From Longimicrobiales bacterium (GTDB taxonomy: Bacteria; Gemmatimonadota; Gemmatimonadetes; Longimicrobiales; Gaopeijiaceae): a stretch of 64,000 nucleotides of DNA. Position 1 is the first letter of the stretch. Each line of letters starts with the position of its first letter. The stretch is from contig JAWLHJ010000003.1 in the NCBI GenBank assembly GCA_041690395.1, positions 64,001 to 128,000 of the forward strand. The letters are read 5' to 3'. The notes under the pieces are model-generated. The model did no database searches and was not told the origin of the DNA. It saw only the letters and a program-made list of their open reading frames with translations. A program made the translations under genes and the position numbers. Below, one piece after another: positions 16,742 to 25,358 of this stretch.

Positions 16742-17501
16742 GCTGATCGTGGCGGAAGGGCTGGGGAAGACGTACACGAGCGGCGGGCGCCCCCTCAGAG
16801 TGCTCGACTCGGTCGACCTCGAGATCGCCCGCGAGTCCGTGGTGGCGATCGTCGGGCCGTCCGGGAGCGGGAAGACGACGCTCCTCGGGCTGCTCGCCGG
16901 GCTAGACGCGCCCTCATCGGGACGCGTGGTGATCGACGGACAGGACCTCGCCGGTCTTACCGAAGATGGCCGGGCCGAGTTTCGTGCGCGACGGATCGGC
17001 TTCGTCTTCCAGACGTTCCATCTGCTCCCCACCATGACCGCGCTGGAGAACGTCATGGTACCGCTCGAGCTCCAGGGCTCGTTCCACGGCGCCAGGGAAC
17101 GGGCCGCCGAGCTGCTCGACCGTGTGGGCCTGTCGGACCGCACCGATCACTATCCGGCCCAGCTGTCCGGCGGGGAGCAGCAGCGGGTGGCGCTCGCGCG
17201 GGCGTTCTCGAACCGCCCGGCCATCCTGTTCGCCGACGAGCCGACCGGCAACCTCGACCAGGCCACAGGCGCCGGTATCGTCGAGATGCTCGAGACGCTG
17301 AACCGTGAGGAAAGCACCACGCTCGTGCTCGTGACGCACGACCTGTCCCTCGCCGAGCGGGCGGACCGGGTCGTGGCGCTGGCCGGCGGTCGCCTCTCGT
17401 CGGATCGGCCGGGCCGGGGCAGCGACGCGCGCGGCGCGGGGTCGCAGGCGCCCGCCGGTCGAGAGCCGGCGGCGCAGGCATCGCCCGAGGCCGGAGGGTG
17501 A
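16740..17501 (+). CDS. ABC transporter ATP-binding protein (YbbA/LolD-like)
   Basis: GPSGSGKT, LSGGEQQRVALARA, FADEPTGNLD, VTHD; start ATG 16734 or 16740. Confidence 0.93.
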   Translation: MLIVAEGLGKTYTSGGRPLRVLDSVDLEIARESVVAIVGPSGSGKTTLLGLLAGLDAPSSGRVVIDGQDLAGLTEDGRAEFRARRIGFVFQTFHLLPTMTALENVMVPLELQGSFHGARERAAELLDRVGLSDRTDHYPAQLSGGEQQRVALARAFSNRPAILFADEPTGNLDQATGAGIVEMLETLNREESTTLVLVTHDLSLAERADRVVALAGGRLSSDRPGRGSDARGAGSQAPAGREPAAQASPEAGG

Positions 17502-20080
17502 TACCCGCCTGGGTGCGGGGCGCGTTCCGGCTGGCGCTCCGGGAGGGCCGTCACTCGGTGAGGCGCGTCGGGCCGTACATGGTCTCGATCACGCTCGGCG
17601 TGACCGCCTTGGTGGCGATCCAGTCGTTCCGGGCGGACGTGGCCCGCTCCATCGAGCGTGAGGCGGAGGTGCTCATGGGCGCGAACGTCCGTTTGAGTGC
17701 CGACACCCCCTGGTCCGACACCGTCCTGGCCCTGCGGGATTCTCTGGAGCGGGAGGGGGCGCGTGGCGCCAGGGTCACGAGCGTGGCGTCGATGGTTCTG
17801 GCGCCGTCGTCGGACGTGGTGCGTTTGGTTCAGGTTCGGGCGCTCGACGACGGGTACCCGTTCTACGGGACCGTTCGCACCACGCCGGAAGGCGTCTGGG
17901 GGGCTCACCTCGAGCCGGGGCGGGCCCTCGTGGACCCCGCGATCCTGCCGCAGCTCGAAGTCGGCATCGGGGACTCGATCGTGGTCGGTGCCGCGACGTT
18001 GGTGATCGCCGGGACGGTCGACGGCTTGCCCACGGATCTCGGCTTCCAGACCGCCGTCGGACCCCGCATCCACGTCTCGCACCAAGCGCTCGAACAGGCC
18101 CGACTCCTCGGATTCGGGAGCCTGGCCCGGTACGAGCTCTTCTTCGAGGTGCCGAGCTCGGCCGACCGCATCACGTTGGACGAGCGCTACGACGATGCCC
18201 TCTCCGAGGTGGGGGTGGGGTTCACCCTCGCCGAGCAACAGGCTCGGCGCCTGTCGCGCGGGGTCGACTTCCTGGGTCGATTCCTGGCCCTCGTGGGGCT
18301 CGGCGCGCTGCTGCTCGGGGGTGTGGGCGTCGCGAGCGCGATCCATGTGTACGTCCAGGAGAAGCGCTCCGCGGTCGCCGTGCTCCGGTGCCTGGGCGCG
18401 CCTCAGCGCACCACGTTCCTGATCTACCTGCTCCAGGCCGTCGGGCTCGGCGTGCTGGGGTCGGCGGCCGGAGTGGTCGCGGGGATGTCGCTGCAGCGAT
18501 TGCTTCCGGTCGTGCTGGCCGGGATTCTCCCGGTGCCCGTGACCCCCGAGCTCTCGCTCACATCGGCGGCAACGGGGCTCGGAATCGGCGTCTGGGTCGC
18601 GTTCGTCTTCGCGCTGCTACCGCTCCTCCGGATTCGCGACGTCACCCCGCTCCAGGCACTCCGCGCGGACGTGGAGCCGGCCACGACGCAGCCATGGCTG
18701 GGCGGCTTCGTCGTGCTGGTGCTCGCCGGCAGTGTGACCGCCCTCTGCGTGCTGGAAGCCCCGGAACCCGACATCGGCCTCGGTTTCGCCGGGGGCCTCG
18801 CGGTCGTGATCGGAGCCCTCTGGCTCGTCGCGCGCGGCCTGGTCGGGCTCACGCGGCGCCTGATTCCGCGCCGCGGTCCATACCCCGTGCGCCAGGGGAT
18901 CTCGAACCTCTTCCGGCCACGGAACCAGACCGTCGCGGTCACGCTGGCGCTCGGGCTCGGGACCTTCGTGATCGCCCTGTTGCTCGAGGTGGAGGGATCC
19001 GTGCGCCGCGACCTCACGCTGTCCTTCGGCGACGGGCAGCCGAACCTCCTCCTGTTCGACATCCAGCCGGACCAGGTAGAGGGCGTGCGGGCGCTCCTGC
19101 CGGAGGCGGCGAGAGCGGGTGCTCAGGTCTCTCCCCTGGTGTCGGCGCGTATCGCAGGCATCAACGGCGAGACCCCCGACGAGCTGAGGAACCGCGAGCG
19201 GGGGCCCGAGCGCCCGGAGGGATGGGCGCTGAGGCGCGAGTACCGCAACAGCTACAGGACGGACCTCGGCGGTGGAGAGGAGCTCGTCGCCGGGCGGTGG
19301 TGGGACGACACGCCCGGCACCGAGGACGACACCCGGGTGGATCCGGGCGCCCTGCCCGGGCTGTCCCTCGAGGAGGGCGTCGCGGAGAGCCTTGGCGTGG
19401 GGCTGGGTGACACGCTCACCTGGAACGTGTCCGGCGTGGAGATCCCTTCGGTGGTCACCAGCCTCCGGCGGGTCGATTGGGAGCGGCTGGAGCCGAACTT
19501 CTTCGCGATCCTGGAGCCCGGGAGCCTCGACGACGCACCGCAGACGGTGATCATGCTTGCCCGCGTGCCCGACGAATCCGCACGGTCGGCGGTGCAGCGG
19601 GATCTGGTGAGGGCCTTCCCGAACGTGTCCGCCCTGGACGTTTCCAGGGTCCAGGCGGCGATCGAGTCGGTCCTCGACCTGGTGCGGCAGGCTCTCGCCT
19701 TCCTCGGCGGCTTCGCCGCCCTGGCTGGTGTGGTCGTGCTCGTGGGCACCATGGCGACGTCGCGGCACCAGCGCGCGAACGAAGGCGCCCTCCTTCGCAC
19801 GCTGGGCGCGAGGAGGGGCCAGGTGCGGGCCGTCTTCCTCTCGGAGTACGTGGCGCTCGGCACCATCGCCACGCTGGCCGGCGTGCTACTCGCGGGCGCC
19901 GCGGCGGGGGTTCTGCTGCCGTCGGTGTTCGACGTGCGCTACGTGCCGTCCATCGGGTTGCTCGGGCTGGTCTGGCTCGGAGTGACCGGCCTCACGGTCC
20001 TGGTCGGGCTCGCGGGAACGAGGAAGCTGCTCGACCGTCCGCCGCTTCCGGTGCTCAGGGAGGCCGGCGGGGAGGCGTAG
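17498..20080 (+). CDS. ABC transporter permease (YbbP-like, duplicated FtsX/MacB)
   Basis: Two FtsX-like halves (AVLRCLGA, LLRTLGA); YPFYG; PNLLLFDIQPDQ; LRRVDW..LEPNFF. Confidence 0.9.
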   Translation: MIPAWVRGAFRLALREGRHSVRRVGPYMVSITLGVTALVAIQSFRADVARSIEREAEVLMGANVRLSADTPWSDTVLALRDSLEREGARGARVTSVASMVLAPSSDVVRLVQVRALDDGYPFYGTVRTTPEGVWGAHLEPGRALVDPAILPQLEVGIGDSIVVGAATLVIAGTVDGLPTDLGFQTAVGPRIHVSHQALEQARLLGFGSLARYELFFEVPSSADRITLDERYDDALSEVGVGFTLAEQQARRLSRGVDFLGRFLALVGLGALLLGGVGVASAIHVYVQEKRSAVAVLRCLGAPQRTTFLIYLLQAVGLGVLGSAAGVVAGMSLQRLLPVVLAGILPVPVTPELSLTSAATGLGIGVWVAFVFALLPLLRIRDVTPLQALRADVEPATTQPWLGGFVVLVLAGSVTALCVLEAPEPDIGLGFAGGLAVVIGALWLVARGLVGLTRRLIPRRGPYPVRQGISNLFRPRNQTVAVTLALGLGTFVIALLLEVEGSVRRDLTLSFGDGQPNLLLFDIQPDQVEGVRALLPEAARAGAQVSPLVSARIAGINGETPDELRNRERGPERPEGWALRREYRNSYRTDLGGGEELVAGRWWDDTPGTEDDTRVDPGALPGLSLEEGVAESLGVGLGDTLTWNVSGVEIPSVVTSLRRVDWERLEPNFFAILEPGSLDDAPQTVIMLARVPDESARSAVQRDLVRAFPNVSALDVSRVQAAIESVLDLVRQALAFLGGFAALAGVVVLVGTMATSRHQRANEGALLRTLGARRGQVRAVFLSEYVALGTIATLAGVLLAGAAAGVLLPSVFDVRYVPSIGLLGLVWLGVTGLTVLVGLAGTRKLLDRPPLPVLREAGGEA

Positions 20081-20129
20081 GGAAGGGGCGGTCCGAGGCC
20101 TTCGACGGCCCGCGAGCGCCCGCGCCGCC

Positions 20130-20516
20130 TCAGGAGGCGGCCGGCAACGCTCCCTCGGGGATTCGCAGCTCGCTCACGTGATGGCACTGCTCGCACTCGA
20201 GCGGGTGGGGACGCCGCAGCCGGCTCGGCTTGACCTCGAACGTACCGCCGCATTTCGGGCACACACCCTCGACGGCCGCCAGGGTGTGCGTCTCCGTCCA
20301 GCGACGGCGCGCGAAGTACGCGCCCGCGGCCAGCGCCCCGATCGCCCATGGGGCGTGCGGAGGCACCACCGCGACCACCGGCGCGACCACCAGCGAGAGG
20401 GCGAGGGCCCGGGCGGCTCCCACGAGGCGCCATTGGCGCGTCCGTGGGAGTACCTCGAGCGCGACGGGGCTGGGATCGAAGCCGAACAGCACCGCCCGGG
20501 CCTCCACGCTCGTCAC
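20130..20516 (-). CDS. Hypothetical membrane protein with C-terminal zinc ribbon
   Basis: Two hydrophobic segments around PPHAPW, then CPKC...CEQC. Confidence 0.65.
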   Translation of the reverse strand: MTSVEARAVLFGFDPSPVALEVLPRTRQWRLVGAARALALSLVVAPVVAVVPPHAPWAIGALAAGAYFARRRWTETHTLAAVEGVCPKCGGTFEVKPSRLRRPHPLECEQCHHVSELRIPEGALPAAS

Positions 20517-20526
20517 CCGCCGCCCC

Positions 20527-21705
20527 TCAGCGCCCGCGCGCGGCGAAGTCGCGGAGCCGCTCGCCGGCCTCTCGGAGGGTGTCCTCCCGCTTGCAGAACA
20601 CGAAGCGCACCAGAGAACGGCCCGCGCCCTCCGAATGGTAGAAGCTCGAGCCCGGCACGGTGCCCACGCCGGCCTCGCGGATCAGGCGGCGCGCGAAGGT
20701 GAAGTCGTCTTCGTCGCTGATGGCGCTGAAGTCGGCCATGACGTAGTACGCGCCCTGTGGCATCGCGCACTGGAACCCGGCCTCGCGGAGGCCGGCGATG
20801 GTCACGTCGCGGCGGGCCCGGTACTCCTCGATCATGTCCGTGTAGTAGTCGCGCCCGAGCTGCTCGATGCCGACGGCGCACGCCTCCTGGAGCGGCGCGG
20901 CGGTCCCGACCGTGACGAAGTCGTGGATCTTCTGGATCCCCTCGGTGAGCGGGGCGGGGGCCACGATCGTGCCGATCCGCCACCCCGTCACGCTGTACGT
21001 CTTCGACATCCCGCTGATGGTGACGGTCCGCTCCGCCATCCCCGGAAGCGTCGCCAGCGGCACGTGCTCGCCCTCGTAGAGGATGTGCTCGTAGATCTCG
21101 TCGGTGATCGCGATGAGGTCGTGTTCGAGGCAGACGTCCGCAACGATCTGCAGGTCCTCGCGCCCGAACACCCGCCCGGTGGGGTTGTTGGGCGTGTTCA
21201 CGACGATGGCGCGCGTCTTCGGCGTGACCAGCGCGCGCAGGGCGTCGGCGTCGAGGTCGTAGGTGGGCGGGTCGAGCCGCAGGAAGACCGGCTTCGCCTG
21301 GGCGAGGAGCGTGTCCGGCCCGTAGTTCTCGTAGAACGGCTCGAAGACGATGACCTCGTCGCCCGGGTCGAAGAGCCCGAGCGCGACGCACGCCATGGCC
21401 TCGGTCGCGCCGCAGGTCACGGTGATCTCGCTCTCCGGATCGAAGTCGAGACCGTACCAGTCGCGGTACTTCTTCGCGAGCACCTCGCGCAGCTTGGGCG
21501 CGCCGCTGGTGATCGCGTACTGGTTCACGTCCCCGCGGATGGCGGCGCAGGCGGCTTCCTTCAGGACGTCGGGGGCGGGGAAGTCGGGCATCCCCTGGGC
21601 GAGGTTGAGCGCTCCGTGGCGTTCCGCCTCGTCGTTCAGCTCGCGGATGACGGACTCGCCGAGCGTACGGGTACGGAGCGCGATCTTCTGGAAGGACTTG
21701 GTCAT
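20527..21705 (-). CDS. Class I/II PLP aminotransferase (YbdL / methionine-kynurenine type)
   Basis: NLAQGMPDF, NQYA, GATEA, EPFYENY, NTPNNPTG, DEIYEH, SKTYSVTGWRIG, RFVFCK. Confidence 0.93.
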   Translation of the reverse strand: MTKSFQKIALRTRTLGESVIRELNDEAERHGALNLAQGMPDFPAPDVLKEAACAAIRGDVNQYAITSGAPKLREVLAKKYRDWYGLDFDPESEITVTCGATEAMACVALGLFDPGDEVIVFEPFYENYGPDTLLAQAKPVFLRLDPPTYDLDADALRALVTPKTRAIVVNTPNNPTGRVFGREDLQIVADVCLEHDLIAITDEIYEHILYEGEHVPLATLPGMAERTVTISGMSKTYSVTGWRIGTIVAPAPLTEGIQKIHDFVTVGTAAPLQEACAVGIEQLGRDYYTDMIEEYRARRDVTIAGLREAGFQCAMPQGAYYVMADFSAISDEDDFTFARRLIREAGVGTVPGSSFYHSEGAGRSLVRFVFCKREDTLREAGERLRDFAARGR

Positions 21706-21874
21706 GGCGTGCGCGGTCGGTCGGTGGAACGGCGCGTCGGGGGACGTGCCGCGGCGGGGAGGCAACGATGACTCAGGATGGGCGCGGAGGCAACCGCCGG
21801 ACCGGTGGGCCGTGGCCGGAGCGCGCGACCTGCGATACCATGCTCCGCACCCAACCCTTCCAAGGCAGGAATCC

Positions 21875-22783
21875 ATGCACGCAGCGCTGCGCACCCTCGT
21901 CACCATGGCCGCGGTCGGCACGGCCGCGCTGAGCGCGTCTCCTCTCGTGGCCCAGACCGAGGCGCCCCGGATCTTCATCTCGGTCGACATGGAGGGGCTC
22001 GGCGGCGTCGGGACGCCCGCCATGACGTCCTCGAGCGGCAAGGACTACGCGACCGGGCGGCGGCTCGCGACGGACGAGGTCACCGCCGTGACGGCGGCGA
22101 TCTACGAGCGCCATCCGGACGCGATCATCCTCGTGAACGACTCGCACGGAGACCACCAGAACGTGCTCCACACCGAGCTCGATCCGCGCGCGACCTACAT
22201 CCAGGGCTCCATCAAGCCACTCGGCATGGTCCAGGGGCTCGAGGCGGGCTTCGACGGCGCCATCTTCCTCGGATACCACGCCATGGCCGGCGACCCGGAG
22301 GGCTTCCTGGCCCACACCGGATCGGGCGCCGTGAAGGGCCTCTGGCTCAACGACGTGGAAGTCGGGGAAGGGGGGATGAACGCGGCGTTCGCGGGGAGTG
22401 TCGGCGTTCCGGTCGTGCTCGTGGCGGGCGACGAGGCGGCGACGCGCGAGCTCGGCGCTCTGGTGGACGGGGAGATGGTCACGACCAAGACGGCCGAGAC
22501 ACCTTCGTCCGCGCGACTCATCCACCCGGACCGGGTACACGAGGCGCTGCGGGAGGCGGCCGGCCGGGCCCTGGATGGCATCGAGCGCGGCGCCTACTCG
22601 CCGTGGGACGTCGGAACGCCCGTCCGCATTCGCATGAGATTCGCGAGCACGACGCACGTCGAGGTGCTGCAGTCGATCCCGGGCATGTCCAAGGTCGACG
22701 GGTTCACGGTCGCCTACACGGCGGTCGACGCCGACGAGGCGTATCGCCTGATCCGACTGATGTACCGTTTCGTCACCCCGTGA
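21875..22783 (+). CDS. M55 family D-aminopeptidase (DppA-like) with signal peptide
   Basis: IFISVDMEG, VNDSHG, MVQG, GYHA, LAHT, GEGGMNA, VAGD; N-terminal signal ending PLVA-Q. Confidence 0.9.
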   Translation: MHAALRTLVTMAAVGTAALSASPLVAQTEAPRIFISVDMEGLGGVGTPAMTSSSGKDYATGRRLATDEVTAVTAAIYERHPDAIILVNDSHGDHQNVLHTELDPRATYIQGSIKPLGMVQGLEAGFDGAIFLGYHAMAGDPEGFLAHTGSGAVKGLWLNDVEVGEGGMNAAFAGSVGVPVVLVAGDEAATRELGALVDGEMVTTKTAETPSSARLIHPDRVHEALREAAGRALDGIERGAYSPWDVGTPVRIRMRFASTTHVEVLQSIPGMSKVDGFTVAYTAVDADEAYRLIRLMYRFVTP

Positions 22784-24057
22784 CCGACCGGGCGGTCCGG
22801 GGACCGACCGGGTCTGACGGACCGGTCGACCCGCCGGGGCGGTGGCTCCAGCTCGGGTTGATCTCGGCGGCGGTGCTGCTGTCGCTGTCGGCGTGGCTCA
22901 CGGCGACGGCCCTCGCACCGGAGCTCAGGGAGCGCTGGACGCTGTCGGCGAGCCAGGTCGGGTGGCTCACGACGGTCGTGCAGGTCGGCTTCGTGGTGGG
23001 GACGGCCGCCTCGGCACTGCTCAATCTCGCCGACGTTCTGCCGTCGCGCGTATACTTCTCGGCGTCGGCCGTCCTGGCGGCGGTCGCCAACGCGCTCCTG
23101 CTCCTGGTGCCGAGCTACGAAGCCGCGTTGGTCACCCGCTTCCTGACGGGGTTCTTCCTCGCGGGCGTCTACCCGCCGAGCATGAAGATGGTGGCGACGT
23201 GGTTCCGCGCGTCGCGAGGTCTCGCCATCGGAACGGTCGTGGGGGCCCTCACCGTCGGAAAGGCCATGCCCTACCTGATGAAGGCGTTCGGTGGCCCGGA
23301 GGCGACCACGGTCATCCTCGGCGCGTCGCTCGCGGGCGGCGTCGCCGGCCTGGTCGTGGGTGTGGGGTACAGGGACGGGCCGTTCCGCTTCGTGCGGCGT
23401 CCGTTCGCGTGGAGCCGCGTCGGCCGGATCGTGCGCCACCGACCGACGATGCTCGCCACCGGCGGGTATCTCGGGCACATGTGGGAGCTGTACGCGATGT
23501 GGTCGCTCATCGGCCTCTACTTCCTCGATCACTTCACGGCCCGCGGTCTCTGGAACGCGCAGCTGATCGCGTCGCTGGCGACCTTCGCGGTCATCGCCGC
23601 CGGGGGACTGGGCGCCGTGGTCGCCGGCCGCTGGGCCGACAGGTTCGGGCGGCCGCGGGTCACGATCGCGTCGATGGCGCTGAGCGGGCTGTGCGCCCTG
23701 ACCGTGGGTTGGATGGGGGCGAGCCCGAGTTGGCTCGTCTTCGCGGTCGCCGTGGTGTGGGGGGCGAGCATCGTGGCCGATTCGGCGCAGTTCAGCGCCA
23801 TCGTGACGGAGCGAGCGCCCGAGGACTCCGTAGGTACGGCGCTCACGCTCCAGACCATGGCGGGCTTTGCGCTCACGGCCGTGTCGATCCAGCTTACCAG
23901 CGCAATGGCGGATCGCCTGGGTTGGGGTCCCGCCTTTTCCCTGCTCGCCCTCGGGCCCGTGTGCGGCATCGTGGCGATGCGGCGACTGCAACCCGAGCGG
24001 GGGCACGGTGGTATGACGAGGTCGGATCCACCGGGAGCCGTCGGATTGAACCCGTAG
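22780..24057 (+). CDS. MFS transporter
   Basis: About 12 hydrophobic helices; GRWADRFGR motif A; GYLGHMWELY; ADSAQFS; GTGA overlap with the peptidase stop. Confidence 0.88.
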   Translation: MTDRAVRGPTGSDGPVDPPGRWLQLGLISAAVLLSLSAWLTATALAPELRERWTLSASQVGWLTTVVQVGFVVGTAASALLNLADVLPSRVYFSASAVLAAVANALLLLVPSYEAALVTRFLTGFFLAGVYPPSMKMVATWFRASRGLAIGTVVGALTVGKAMPYLMKAFGGPEATTVILGASLAGGVAGLVVGVGYRDGPFRFVRRPFAWSRVGRIVRHRPTMLATGGYLGHMWELYAMWSLIGLYFLDHFTARGLWNAQLIASLATFAVIAAGGLGAVVAGRWADRFGRPRVTIASMALSGLCALTVGWMGASPSWLVFAVAVVWGASIVADSAQFSAIVTERAPEDSVGTALTLQTMAGFALTAVSIQLTSAMADRLGWGPAFSLLALGPVCGIVAMRRLQPERGHGGMTRSDPPGAVGLNP

Positions 24058-24072
24058 TCGAGGACCCAGCAG

Positions 24073-24450
24073 ATGACCATGAAGGTGAAGGTGTTGTTGA
24101 CCATGGCAGCGGTCGCGCTCCTCGGCGCCGCCGCCCCCGCCGCGACCCTGCACTTCGGGCTGGACCGCTCCGTTCCGGCCGCCGGGCAGTCCGTCGAGTC
24201 GCCCGCCGGCGTGACGCTGTGGTTCACCGAGGTGCCTCAGGACAACTCGATATCCATTCGCCTCGTCGACGCGCGCGGCGGCCTCGTGCCCTCGTCCGAG
24301 CCGCGCCAGGACGCGGAGGACGGCAGGCAGTTCCAGATCCGGCCCAGCGGCTCGCTCGAGCCCGGAGGCTATACGGTAGCCTGGCGGGGCATCGGCCAGG
24401 ACGGCCACACCGTGCGGGGTGACTTCGGCTTCACGGTGGTCGGGCGATAA
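24073..24450 (+). CDS. copC: Periplasmic copper-binding protein CopC
   Basis: Signal peptide then H-F-G-L-D-R-S-V-P; LWFTE; YTVAWR..DGH..G (Cu(II) site His/Asp/His). Confidence 0.88.
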   Translation: MTMKVKVLLTMAAVALLGAAAPAATLHFGLDRSVPAAGQSVESPAGVTLWFTEVPQDNSISIRLVDARGGLVPSSEPRQDAEDGRQFQIRPSGSLEPGGYTVAWRGIGQDGHTVRGDFGFTVVGR

Positions 24451-25358
24451 CGGGCTCCGCCACCGGCCCCGCTCTCGACGCGATCACGGGCTGGCTCCTC
24501 TTCGCAGCCATCCTGGGGGTCACCGGCGCGGTGATGCTGCGCTGGGTGATCATCCCCACGGTCGTGGCCAACGCGGCGCTTCCAGGACCGCGGCTTCGAC
24601 GCGCCGCTGCCCGCTTCGGCAGCTGGTGCGCGCTGCTCCTCCCGTCGGCCATGGCGCTGGTCTTCCTTCGGCAGCTGCTCGAGTTCCGCGATCCGTTCGT
24701 CCCCTGGCAAGACGACGCCCTCCTGCTGCTGACCGGGACGACGTGGGGACGCACGTTCATGGTCGGGGCGGCGCTCTCGTTGCTGCTTCCCATCGTGCTC
24801 TGGCTCGCGCGGACCGGGCGAGAGGCCGCGTGGCCGGTCGCGACCGCAGGGGTGCTCGCGCTGGGCGCGTTCCCCGCACTGACGGGGCACGCGGCCGCGG
24901 GTGAAGGCTTGATGCGCTTCTCCACGCTCGCCGCGGATACCCTGCACGTCTGGGCCGCGGGCGCATGGATGGGGGGATTGGCCGCGGTGCTCTTCGTGGA
25001 CCGGGCCGTCGCACGGAGCGGGGCCGACCCGCTCGAGGCGCTGGTGCGTGCGTTCTCTCCCGTGGCCATCGTGTCGGTCACCGTGTTGGTGGGCACCGGG
25101 CTTTTCGCCTCGTGGGTGCACCTTCCCACCATCTCGGCGCTCTGGACCGAACCCTACGGGAGGAGGTTGGCCTTGAAGCTCGGTCTGGTCGCCCTCGTCC
25201 TGGCGCTCGGATGGCTCAACTGGCGGCGCCGGACGCCGAAGCTCGCGGAGCCCGGAGGCTCTGCGGACCTGAGACGCTCGGCATGGTTCGAGCTGGCGGT
25301 CGCGCAGCTCGTTCTGTTGATTACCGCGCTCCTCGTGAGGACCCCTCCTCCGGGCTGA
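24447..25358 (+). CDS. copD: Copper uptake membrane protein CopD
   Basis: TGHAAA, DTLHVWAAGAWMGGL, FSPVA, YGRRLALK, ELAV; first canonical start is GTG 24531 but the frame and first TM helix extend to ATA 24447. Confidence 0.85.
   Translation: MTGSATGPALDAITGWLLFAAILGVTGAVMLRWVIIPTVVANAALPGPRLRRAAARFGSWCALLLPSAMALVFLRQLLEFRDPFVPWQDDALLLLTGTTWGRTFMVGAALSLLLPIVLWLARTGREAAWPVATAGVLALGAFPALTGHAAAGEGLMRFSTLAADTLHVWAAGAWMGGLAAVLFVDRAVARSGADPLEALVRAFSPVAIVSVTVLVGTGLFASWVHLPTISALWTEPYGRRLALKLGLVALVLALGWLNWRRRTPKLAEPGGSADLRRSAWFELAVAQLVLLITALLVRTPPPG

Noticed and set aside
20527..21705. PLP aminotransferases (here and 9049-10227) acting as the missing EgtE C-S lyase
   Set aside because: Motifs fit YbdL-type and serine-pyruvate-type transaminases, they are not operonic with egtD, and nothing in the sequence supports the link.
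25321..25358. Convergent 3' overlaps (copD/ABC permease; also rho/SRPBCC at 15450-15475)
   Set aside because: Short tail-to-tail overlaps are common in compact high-GC genomes; no further evidence of antisense regulation.
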